DNA of 16,378 nucleotides, taken from assembly GCF_001545095.1 (NCBI RefSeq), contig NZ_CP013214.1, forward strand, positions 1 to 16,378, written 5' to 3'. Positions 1 through 8,160 of this stretch are shown here, piece after piece. The translations under genes were made by a program, and so were the position numbers. The DNA is from Erysipelothrix larvae (GTDB lineage Bacteria; Bacillota_I; Bacilli_A; Erysipelotrichales; Erysipelotrichaceae). Position 1 is the first letter of the stretch. Each line of letters starts with the position of its first letter. The notes under the pieces were generated by a model that was given only the letters and a program-made list of their open reading frames with translations, was not told the DNA's origin and searched no databases.

Positions 1-529
<529 letters not shown>

Positions 530-647
530 CTAGAAGTACCTCCTCTATTTATATAGTCAAAGTGTATCACACATTCATGAAAACTATTTTCAACTTACGC
601 TTTTATCTGAGATTATTTGATGTATACTATAAATAAAGGAGATTCAA

Positions 648-1579
648 ATGTTCTCGTTTCAAATTATCCAAGACATTCCAGTGTGTAAAGACGCTGCGTA
701 TCTTGAACTGATTGAGGGTGGCTTTTCACACGATGTCAACGTTTTGGTTTACACCAAACATCATGAATATTTTTTGGTCCGCGTTGGTGATGCTTCCAAT
801 CTCAAGGTCTATACTCAAGAATATGAATTTTTAAAGCGCTGTGAAACACTGAACGATGCGTTTCCCAAACCTATAGATTTTGGCGTGCTTGAACAGCATC
901 ATCGTGTATACCGTGTTTATACGTGGATGGAAGGTGTTGGCTTAGTGAATGTGCTACCAACTCTGGATAACCATGCACAATATGCGTGTGGTGTAGAAGC
1001 TGGACAGTTGCTCAAAGCGATGCATTCAATTAATTGCGATGACACCAATGAGGATTGGGAAACACTGTATAATCACAAAATTGATCAAAAGATACAGGCG
1101 TATCATCTGTGTGGCTTGAGATATCCAGATGATGCATCATGTCTTAAAACCATCGAAGCGTACCGCCCTTATCTAAACAAACGGCCAAGTGTTTATCAAC
1201 ACGGTGATTATCATGGTTCAAACATGATCTATAACCCCCACAACAGGGTATCCATTATTGACTTCAACCGGTGGGAGTAGGTGATCCATGGGAGGAATTC
1301 AACCGAATTATTTGGAGTGTTAAGGTCAGTGAACCCTTTGCATGTGGACAAATTCATGGGTATTTCAACCAAGAACCACCCCATGAATTCTTCAAACTTC
1401 TCAAGCTCTATTCCTATGTCAATGCGATTGCTTCACTGCCTTGGGCCATTCCATTGGGTCAAGAACAAATTGATATCATGCACGATAATTATCAAATCAT
1501 GCGCGACTGGTATCGTGATGATTCAGAAATCCCGACGTGGTATCAAACCCATGGATCGATAAAAAAGAAGGATGATTAA
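648..1579 (+). CDS. Phosphotransferase enzyme family protein (aminoglycoside phosphotransferase / choline kinase fold), split by one frameshift near 1273-1275
   Basis: The catalytic-loop motif HGDYHGSNM and the IIDFNRW motif end ORF 648..1280. The next frame continues VGDPWEEFNRI, the usual post-DFxR segment. Restoring one G in the GGG run at 1273-1275 fuses ORFs 648..1280 and 1271..1579. AAAGGAGA lies 7 nt upstream of ATG 648. Confidence 0.75.
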
Positions 1580-2145
1580 TCCTTCAAGGTGTATTTAAAG
1601 GCACAGGTCTCAACATGGTCATTCACCATTCCCACCGCTTGCATAAACGCGTAGACAATCGTAGAACCAACAAACTTAAACCCAAGTTTTTTTAGCGATT
1701 TACTCAGCGCATCCGAAATATCCGTTGTCGCTGGTACATCAGCATGGGTTTTTGGATGATTCATGATGGGAGTACCACCAACAAAACTCCAAAGATAGGT
1801 ACTGAAAGAGCCATACGCTTCACAGACCTTGAAATAAGCATGGGCATTTGTAATGGCAGCATTAATTTTTAAGCGATTTCGAATAATCCCTTCATTTTGC
1901 ATGAGCGCTTGTACTTTTTGATCATCGTAAGTAACTAAGATATGCGGATCAAAGTTATCATAGGCTTCACACAAGCTATCCATCCGCTTGATGATGGTTG
2001 TCCAACTTAAACCCGCTTGATTGCATTCAAGCATCAACATCTTAAATAATTCCAAATCATCATAAACAGGGACACCCCAATAGGTGTCGTGATAATCTTG
2101 TTCCAAAGGGTGTCTATGAGCCCAATCACACCGTACACATTCCAT
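1576..2145 (-). CDS. tag: DNA-3-methyladenine glycosylase I
   Basis: The N-terminal Zn-site pattern MECVRCDWA and YHDTYWGVPVYDD...LFKMLMLECNQAGLSW are typical of Tag. GGAGG (2153-2157, minus sense) lies 7 nt upstream of ATG at 2145, so the 11-codon extension in the ORF track (to 2178) is probably not translated. The stop overlaps the APH stop convergently. Confidence 0.9.
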   Translation of the reverse strand: MECVRCDWAHRHPLEQDYHDTYWGVPVYDDLELFKMLMLECNQAGLSWTTIIKRMDSLCEAYDNFDPHILVTYDDQKVQALMQNEGIIRNRLKINAAITNAHAYFKVCEAYGSFSTYLWSFVGGTPIMNHPKTHADVPATTDISDALSKSLKKLGFKFVGSTIVYAFMQAVGMVNDHVETCAFKYTLKD

Positions 2146-2259
2146 ATAAAAACCTCCACAATATCTTTCATTATACACGATTTAGACGAATTCCAATAAA
2201 ACTGTTGTAAGGGTTTCCTAAATTGATGAGGTATGATAGGATTGAGTGTGTAGAAGGGG

Positions 2260-2280
2260 CAGTGTTTTACCCAAACACTG
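2260..2280 (+). promoter_or_regulatory. Perfect 8-bp inverted repeat (CAGTGTTT-N5-AAACACTG), 11 nt before the YdjC/ChbG start. Candidate operator or leader hairpin.
   Basis: Read directly from the sequence. It lies in the divergent tag / ydjC-like intergenic region. Confidence 0.3.
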
Positions 2281-2291
2281 TGGTGAAATTG

Positions 2292-3039
2292 ATGAAAAAA
2301 GTAATTATTAATTCAGATGATTTTGGATATTCCCGTGGTATTAATTGGGGGATCATGGATGCACATACACAAGGCATCCTTACATCCGCAACATTAATGA
2401 CCAATATGCCAGGGTTTACCCATGCGGTTGAACTCGCAAAGCAAGCGCCAGAGCTTGGAGTGGGCATTCACATGGTCTTAACCTGTGGAAGACCCTTGCT
2501 TAACACTCATAAAACATTGGTTGATGAACACGGTAACTTTAAAAAGCAAGCATGGTTTAAAAACAGAACCCTTTGATGAAGAGGAAGTCTATCAAGAATG
2601 GGATGCACAGATTCAAAAAGCAATTGATGCAGGCATTACCCCAACTCACCTTGATTCACACCATCACGCACATACGTTTCAAAACAATCCAGAGATTATC
2701 GAACGTCTTGGACGTAAGTACAACCTTCCAATTCGGATAAATTATCAGGCATCCCCAGATATGCGTGGGGTTGAACATTTTATTTGGGACTTTGATGAAT
2801 GCGGTGCGCGTCTGAATCCGAAGATAAAGCATATCTTGATGCATTGCTACAAGGAATTTTAGACCATGAGACAACTGAAATCATGTGTCATCCAGGATAT
2901 CTTGATTGTACGATTTATCATGGGTCATCATGGCTTGAAAATCGAATCCATATCCTTGAGTTCATCATTCATTCAGACTTCTCAAAAACACTTTAAAAAC
3001 CATCCAGACATTGAACTGGTAACCTATAAAGAACTTTAG
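2292..3039 (+). CDS. YdjC/ChbG-family carbohydrate (chitooligosaccharide-type) deacetylase, frame broken three times
   Basis: MKKVIINSDDFGYSRGINWGI...TSATLM and THLDSHHHAH are YdjC-family metal-site motifs. ORFs 2223..2576, 2485..2862 and 2799..2996 are consecutive parts. After the 2996 stop, a fourth frame reads KNHPDIELVTYKEL-stop at 3037-3039, the usual family C-terminus. Shifts lie near 2556-2565, 2805-2815 and 2990-2996. The start was chosen at MKKVII (2292) by family N-terminus. Confidence 0.8.
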
Positions 3040-3060
3040 ACTGATATTTATCAGTCTTTT
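3038..3060 (+). terminator. Hairpin between convergent genes (AGACTGATA / TATCAGTCT) followed by TTTT
   Basis: The 8-9 bp perfect stem at 3038-3057 contains the ydjC-like stop (3037-3039) in one arm and the reconstructed AlkA-like stop (3051-3053, minus) in the other. A T-tract is present only on the plus strand. Confidence 0.6.
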
Positions 3061-3656
3061 AATTTGTTGAGTTTCCATAAGAAAATCGAAGCAACGACTT
3101 ATAGGGTTCAAAACGTGCCATATACCGGTCGAATTGCGTTTAGAAACAGACTCAATCTTTAAAATGCGCGCGACTGACTTACGAAGTGCAATATCATCAT
3201 AGCTTGTAAGATTCAGTCGATTATAAGTGTGGATGAGAATAATAATTGCACTCCATCGCCCCAGTCCTTTGAGTTTTGTTAATGCTTCAATCGCGTGTTC
3301 ATCGGATAAAGTGTTTATGTACTCAAAGCTGAATTCCTGTCCTGAAACCTTTTCACATAATGATTTAATGGCACATGCTTTATTATGTGTAAGCCCAAGG
3401 TCCATCACCTGTTGTAACGATGCCTGATTCACCGATGCAACATCAGGAAACCGGTGTATAAAACGGGTGAAAATTGCGTGAGCAGAAGCAGCGCTCAACA
3501 GTTGGCCAATGATTGTATAGACAAATCCTGTATACGGATCTGGATGTGAAATACGGGTTACATACCCATAAGTATCGTGAATTTCTTTAAACTTCGGTTC
3601 ACGATTCATGACATCAAGATACACTTTATTGGGTATGCCGACAAGGTCAAATGCAT
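3051..3656 (-). CDS. HhH-GPD DNA glycosylase, AlkA-like (3-methyladenine glycosylase II family). C-terminus broken by two frameshifts; start uncertain.
   Basis: PDPYTGFVYTIIGQLLSAASAHAIFTRF, the HhH-GPD hallmark LTKLKGLGRWSAIIIL, and DDIALRKS. The ORF-track tail (NSTGIWHV...SLNE, which overlaps ydjC) looks like spurious read-through. Other frames give TQFDRYMARFEPYKS and then ASIFLWKLNKLKD-stop at 3051, the expected family C-terminus. Shifts lie near 3139-3141 and 3092-3095. The first in-frame ATG is at 3609. An out-of-frame ATGCAT at 3651-3656 would give MHFDLVG with one extra T. Confidence 0.65.
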
Positions 3657-4240
3657 CGATTGGTGTCTTTTGCTTACCATGCTCGACAATACATGCATGA
3701 AGTTCTTGATATAATGTGACATCATGTCCAAAAAAATCCATCATCTCCTGTTGAATGACATCATAGTTGTCTGTGTGAAATAGACCCAAAGATTTCAAGA
3801 TACGTTTTAAATAAGCATCGACCACAAACACAGGGCGGTTAAACGCGTATAACAAAATACAATCGGCTGTTTCTTTTCCAATGCCTTTAATGCTCAGTAA
3901 CTGGTTACGAATACAAGGTGTATCGATGCCTTCCAGATTCTTAACATCAAAATCATACTGCTGATACCATAAGCAAACCGTGTATCGTTGTCGATTTGCG
4001 TGTATAAAAGCCAGAAGGACGTATGAATGTTTGAAGCGTCTCAAGGGGAAGATTCAAGATGACTTGACCCTCAAAAGGAACATTAAAGTTCTGGAGGGCT
4101 TTTTCTACATTCGTCCAGTTGGTATTTTGGACTAAAACCGCGCCAAGCATCATTTCAATGTCGTTTTCTGCAGGCCACCAATGTAACGGGCCATAATGAT
4201 GCATGAGATGGTTGAGTGTTGTTTCAAGTGTCGTTTTCAT
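3657..4240 (-). CDS. Endonuclease III-related HhH-GPD protein with one frameshift; 3' boundary unresolved
   Basis: HWWPAE...MLGAVLVQNTNW...IRPSGFYTRK (ORF 3953..4240) continues after a shift near 3965-3975 into LLSIKGIGKETADCILLYAFNRPVFVVDAY...ELHACIVEHGK (ORF 2965..4044). As sequenced, the frame runs without a stop into the AlkA-like module. Confidence 0.65.
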
Positions 4241-4313
4241 ACATCTATCCTATCATATTCAAACCCATAAAAGAACATCTGAATATGTTATAAGATAATC
4301 AAATGTTATTAAA

Positions 4314-4345
4314 TTGACAATAGTGTATGACATACAGTATACTGT
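4314..4345 (+). promoter_or_regulatory. Sigma-A-type promoter of the padR operon with an overlapping palindromic operator candidate
   Basis: TTGACA (4314-4319), an 18-nt spacer, then TATACT (4338-4343). The 12-bp perfect palindrome ACAGTATACTGT (4334-4345) covers the -10. A second small palindrome, TGTAT-GAC-ATACA, lies at 4324-4336. The RBS GAGGTGA is at 4350-4356. Confidence 0.5.
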
Positions 4346-4360
4346 GATTGAGGTGAGAAT

Positions 4361-4696
4361 ATGGAATCACAAGAACTTATCCAAAGTATGGTGACGGAAT
4401 TGCGAAGGGGAACCTTAACCCTTGTGGTACTCAGTCAATGCAACAAACCGCAGTATGGGTATTCACTGCTACAAAGCTTAGAAGAAAAAGGGGTTGTGAT
4501 TGACGCATCAACTTTGTATCCAATGTTACGCCGCCTTGACAAACAAAACATTTTAAAAAGCGAATGGGACACTCAGGAAACACGACCACGTAAGTATTAT
4601 GTGTTGAGCGATCTGGGACAGACTGTTTATGAGGGACTAATCAAAGAATGGAAGAAACTAAACAATGAACTAAAGTTTCTAGAAGAGGAAATTTAA
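4361..4696 (+). CDS. PadR-family transcriptional regulator
   Basis: A winged-helix pattern LRRGTLTLVVLSQCNKPQYGYSLLQSL...STLYPMLRRLDKQNILKSEW...RKYYVLSDLG and a length of 111 aa are typical of short PadR proteins. Confidence 0.9.
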   Translation: MESQELIQSMVTELRRGTLTLVVLSQCNKPQYGYSLLQSLEEKGVVIDASTLYPMLRRLDKQNILKSEWDTQETRPRKYYVLSDLGQTVYEGLIKEWKKLNNELKFLEEEI

Positions 4697-5698
4697 ATGA
4701 TGAATCATTATATCGAACGTTATATTGCGGATGTAGTCCGTCGATTACCTGAAAATCAACGCAAGGATGTATCCTTGGAACTTAACTCATTAATTGAAGA
4801 CATGCTAGAGGAAACGGATGATGTTAAGACGGTATTACAAACACTGGGGAATCCAAAAGATCTGGCATCAAAATATCGTGAAAAACCACGATATTTGATT
4901 TCGCCCGATATCTTTGATCAATACATAGATACATTGAAACTTGTTGTGCGAATTGTGTTGATTGTATCCAGTGTCATTGCTGGGATTGTGATTGTGAGTG
5001 ATGTGATTGGTGCACCCCTTCATACGATGGACACTCAATCACTCATTGTCTTTATAATCACACGCATCTTTGCAAATCTATCCGTGATTATCTCAATGAG
5101 TGTAACCGCAATTGTTGGCGTTACGCTTGTATACGCAATCCTTGAAGCGCATGGACCTGACTTAAGCCACAAAGAATGGTCGGTTGATGATTTACCACCA
5201 TTAGAAAAAGAAAACATGAAGAGGATCTCAAAAGGAGAGGTCATCACAGAGATCGTGATGACACTATTCTTTGTGAGTATCTTGCTTGCGATGGTGTTAA
5301 ATGATATGAACATTCCACTCATCATCGATGGCACCATTGAAACCTATGTTTTTAACCTCGAGGTACTGCATCAGTATGCATTGCTGATTACCCTTAGTGC
5401 ATCCTTGGATATCCTGTCTTCAGTGCTAAAGCTTGCTTTTGATCGCTATAATTTTGTTGTTGCCATCTCAACACTGATTTCAAATGCGTTTGCGATGGTT
5501 GTTGCAGTGATTGTATTGCTCAATTCGAATTTGATAACCCCTGAGTTTTCACAGTTTTTGAAGACCATCCTTCCAGTTCAAGGCATCTCATTAACCTTCG
5601 CGATTATCTTTGCCATCCTATGTGTTATATCAATCTATGATATTGGTTCAACATTTTATTACACCATCAAAAACAATCGATTGACCTCAAAGCGTTAA
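4697..5698 (+). CDS. Polytopic membrane protein with an N-terminal DUF1700/HAAS-type helical domain (PadR partner)
   Basis: YIERYIADVVRRLPENQRKDVSLELNSLIEDMLEE...LGNPKDLASKY matches the DUF1700/HAAS N-terminal pattern. It is followed by several long hydrophobic segments. The ATG directly abuts the padR stop (TAAATG), which suggests translational coupling. Confidence 0.7.
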   Translation: MMNHYIERYIADVVRRLPENQRKDVSLELNSLIEDMLEETDDVKTVLQTLGNPKDLASKYREKPRYLISPDIFDQYIDTLKLVVRIVLIVSSVIAGIVIVSDVIGAPLHTMDTQSLIVFIITRIFANLSVIISMSVTAIVGVTLVYAILEAHGPDLSHKEWSVDDLPPLEKENMKRISKGEVITEIVMTLFFVSILLAMVLNDMNIPLIIDGTIETYVFNLEVLHQYALLITLSASLDILSSVLKLAFDRYNFVVAISTLISNAFAMVVAVIVLLNSNLITPEFSQFLKTILPVQGISLTFAIIFAILCVISIYDIGSTFYYTIKNNRLTSKR

Positions 5699-5708
5699 TC
5701 AATCTATC

Positions 5709-5737
5709 AAAAAAACAAGGTTCGCCTTGTTTTTTTA
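5709..5737 (+). terminator. Rho-independent terminator of the padR operon
   Basis: AAAAAACAAGG-TTCG-CCTTGTTTTTTT: a perfect stem, a tetraloop and a T-run, 11 nt after the stop. Confidence 0.8.
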
Positions 5738-5947
5738 TTCCCTAAAGATACCTCAGTATCTTCTTGAAATCACCAAAAATCTTAAACATTATAATATGTG
5801 AAAATTAACACTAATTTTATTGTTTCACAAAATATGACCGGTTTGTTTTTTGCACTAAAATATTCTTTCTTGAACAGGAAAATATTTTTTAGATTTAATC
5901 CTTCATTTTCATTTTGATTTTATAATGAAAGGACACAGGAGGATATT

Positions 5948-6991
5948 ATGGATATTATCAAACAAGTTATCTCAGATAACAATTTTTTAGGCGCGATTTT
6001 TTCAACAATCGCCATTATCTTACTCGGGTATTACCTGAGAAAAACGGGGAAGGTTACAGAACAAGGGCCAAAGGCCTTAACCGCAGTATTAATGAATGTT
6101 GCCCTACCAGCACTTGCATTCAATGCATTTATGACCAATATTGGTCCTGAAACATTTACGATTGGACTCAACTCATTTATTTTTGGATTTGTAGCATATG
6201 TATTGCTGATTGTATTTTCATACATCTATGTGGTGAAATATAAAGGGGATAAACTTGATGCAATGCGTGGTCTCACGATTTTTGGATCCACAACATTCTT
6301 TGGGATTCCAATTATTTCAGCGTTCTTAGGGACTGAAGGAACCCTTTATGCAAACCTCTTTAACATTGCATACCGCGTGTTCTTATACTCGTATGGATTC
6401 ATTCTTTTCTCTGGGTTGAAACTTGAAAAGAAAAACCTCAGTCAAATTATTTTAAATCCAATCATTCTAAGTACTTTCTTAGGATTTATGATTTGGATGT
6501 TCCAAGGAAGTTTACCACAAGTTACCATTGGCAGTGGTGATACTGCATGGACTGGTGCAATTTTACGTCTTGATAAGACACTCCCATGGTTTATGAGTGC
6601 TGTAAGCTATCTGGGTTCATTATCTTCACCACTAGCATGGCTTGCAATTGGGATGACGTTGGCACAAATCTCACTTGCTGATGCAACAAAAGACATTGAT
6701 GTTTGGGTTTACTCATTTGTGAAACTTCTCGTCATGCCAGCCTTGATGCTTGTAGTCATGATGGTATTTAAGTCTATGGGATTTTTAGCCCTTGATTATG
6801 TTGCGATTACAGGTATTGTTATTATGCTTGCAACACCACCTGCAACCGTAGCGGTTGGGTATGCAATAAATTTTGATAAAGAAGCACTCTTCTCATCAAA
6901 TGCATCACTCATCTCAACGGTATTATCGATTGTCGCAATTATTTTCTGGTTGTTTGTATTAACCGCACTTCACAGTGCAGGAATTGTATAA
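5948..6991 (+). CDS. AEC (auxin efflux carrier / Mem_trans) family transporter
   Basis: A 347-aa, ~10-TM protein with a two-halves architecture. The N-terminal pattern (IFSTIAIILLGYYLRKTG...LNVALPALAFNAF) is typical of the family. AGGAGG lies 6 nt upstream of the ATG. Confidence 0.8.
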   Translation: MDIIKQVISDNNFLGAIFSTIAIILLGYYLRKTGKVTEQGPKALTAVLMNVALPALAFNAFMTNIGPETFTIGLNSFIFGFVAYVLLIVFSYIYVVKYKGDKLDAMRGLTIFGSTTFFGIPIISAFLGTEGTLYANLFNIAYRVFLYSYGFILFSGLKLEKKNLSQIILNPIILSTFLGFMIWMFQGSLPQVTIGSGDTAWTGAILRLDKTLPWFMSAVSYLGSLSSPLAWLAIGMTLAQISLADATKDIDVWVYSFVKLLVMPALMLVVMMVFKSMGFLALDYVAITGIVIMLATPPATVAVGYAINFDKEALFSSNASLISTVLSIVAIIFWLFVLTALHSAGIV

Positions 6992-7013
6992 AATAAGAAA
7001 GGAGAATTTGTTT

Positions 7014-8006
7014 ATGAAACTATTATGTTATGGTGTGAGACGTGTCGAAAGACCGTTCTTTGAAGATTTAAACGCACGCTTCAATTTTGATCTAGTGCTC
7101 ACAGAATCCATGTTGAATGATGAGACAGTGCATCTTGCGAAAGGATGCGATGCTGTTATGCTTCGTGGTGGATGTCCAGGATCGCGTCAAAACCTTCAGA
7201 TTTATAAAGATTATGGGGTACAGTATGTGTTGACACGTACTGTGGGTTATAACCATATTGACCTTGATGCTGCAAAAGATTTAGGACTTAAAGTAGCCTA
7301 TGTACCCTTTTACTCACCCAATGCAATTGCAGAGCTTGCATTAACCTTTGCCATGACCTTATCACGTCATGTTCAATACATGGGGGATAAAGGAAAAGAT
7401 GGAAACCTTATTATTGACGAGTTTATGTTTAGTAAGGAAGTTCGCAAATCTACCGTTGGAATCATCGGGTTAGGGAAAATTGGCTTCACTGCAGCCCAAC
7501 TCTTCCATGGAATTGGTGCGAATGTGATTGGCTACGATATTGTAAAGAAGGATTATTTAGGAGATGTATGCACACAAGTTGATTTGGATACACTTCTCAA
7601 AGAATCGGATATTATCTCAATGCATATGCCATACTTTAAGGGTTCAAATGATGAATTCTTGAATGCAGAAAAAATTGAGAAAATGAAAGAGGGTGTGATT
7701 TTAATTAACACATCCCGCGGTGAGCTTCAAAAAGTTGAAGACATCTTATCTTATGTTGAATCAGGGAAGATTCAAGGCTATGCAACGGATGTTTTAGCAA
7801 ATGAAACACAGTACTTCAATAAGCTAACACGCCCTGAAGACTTTGATGTGTTGTTGACGCGGATTCAATCGCTCTACCCACGGGTACTTGTTACACCACA
7901 TATTGGGTCTTATACCGATGAAGCAGTCAGCAATATGGTTGAATACTCATATGAAAACTTACAAGAATTCATCGATACAGGGAAGTCAAAGAACCAACTT
8001 GTATAG
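7014..8006 (+). CDS. D-isomer-specific 2-hydroxyacid dehydrogenase (D-lactate dehydrogenase-like), NAD-binding
   Basis: MKLLCYGVR..., the Rossmann motif GIIGLGKIGFTAAQL...VIGYD, and catalytic-region motifs INTSRGEL and VTPHIGSYT. The start was set at 7014 (AAGGAGAA lies 7 nt upstream) rather than the ORF-track ATG at 6975, which overlaps the transporter. Confidence 0.9.
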   Translation: MKLLCYGVRRVERPFFEDLNARFNFDLVLTESMLNDETVHLAKGCDAVMLRGGCPGSRQNLQIYKDYGVQYVLTRTVGYNHIDLDAAKDLGLKVAYVPFYSPNAIAELALTFAMTLSRHVQYMGDKGKDGNLIIDEFMFSKEVRKSTVGIIGLGKIGFTAAQLFHGIGANVIGYDIVKKDYLGDVCTQVDLDTLLKESDIISMHMPYFKGSNDEFLNAEKIEKMKEGVILINTSRGELQKVEDILSYVESGKIQGYATDVLANETQYFNKLTRPEDFDVLLTRIQSLYPRVLVTPHIGSYTDEAVSNMVEYSYENLQEFIDTGKSKNQLV

Positions 8007-8030
8007 TGAAATGATGCATAAAATTAAGGC

Positions 8031-8115
8031 GGTCTGAAATAACTTGGGGATAATTCAGAAAATGATATAAAATAACTTGGGGAGTAAGTTACCCCAAACA
8101 AGTTTGTTAAAGACC
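8031..8115. repeat. Left IS-end motif cluster: motif copy (+) at 8031-8050, partial copy (+) at 8070-8083, inverted copy at 8092-8115
   Basis: The GGTCT..AAA..CTTGGGG core was read on both strands. The 8092-8115 reverse complement is GGTCTTTAACAAACTTGTTTGGGG. Confidence 0.6.
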
Positions 8116-8117
8116 AA

Positions 8118-8160
8118 AGGGAAGCGTAGTCGCACATGACTATAGCTTCCCTCTTTTGTT
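8118..8160. terminator. Hairpin AGGGAAGC-N19-GCTTCCCT followed by CTTTTGTT. It encloses the transposase stop codon.
   Basis: Perfect 8-bp stem at 8118-8125 / 8145-8152. A T-rich tail is present on the plus strand, and TTGGTCTTT follows on the minus strand. Confidence 0.35.

Noticed and set aside
1281-1562. ORF 1281..1562(+), an alternative frame within the APH C-terminal part
   Set aside because: The overlapping frame 1271..1579 carries the expected VGDPWEEF continuation of the kinase fold, so this frame is spurious.
2146-2178. An 11-codon N-terminal extension of tag (MYNERYCGGFY)
   Set aside because: The GGAGG RBS lies inside the extension and is correctly spaced for the internal ATG at 2145, which yields the canonical Tag N-terminus MECVRCDW.
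2965-3050. The 3' tail of ORF 2965..4044(-), which overlaps the ydjC-like gene
   Set aside because: The family-typical C-terminus (FDRYMARFEPYKS / ASIFLWKLNKLKD-stop at 3051) is recovered in other frames. The long tail is read-through caused by frameshifts.
2267-3427. Antisense ORFs 2267..2467(-), 2656..2874(-) and 3227..3427(+)
   Set aside because: Each lies fully within a better-supported gene on the opposite strand, and none has a motif or an RBS.
5797-5829. A CRP/FNR or cre (CcpA) site upstream of the transporter
   Set aside because: The half-sites are 19 nt apart rather than 6, and there is no central CG as in cre, so no family assignment is justified.
5035-6225. ORFs 5035..5337(-) and 6031..6225(-)
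   Set aside because: They are antisense to hydrophobic membrane-protein genes. AT-rich TM-coding DNA commonly leaves open antisense frames.
6975-7013. The upstream ATG at 6975 as the dehydrogenase start
   Set aside because: It would overlap the transporter 3' end and has no RBS. MKLLCYG at 7014 has AAGGAGAA upstream and matches the family N-terminus.
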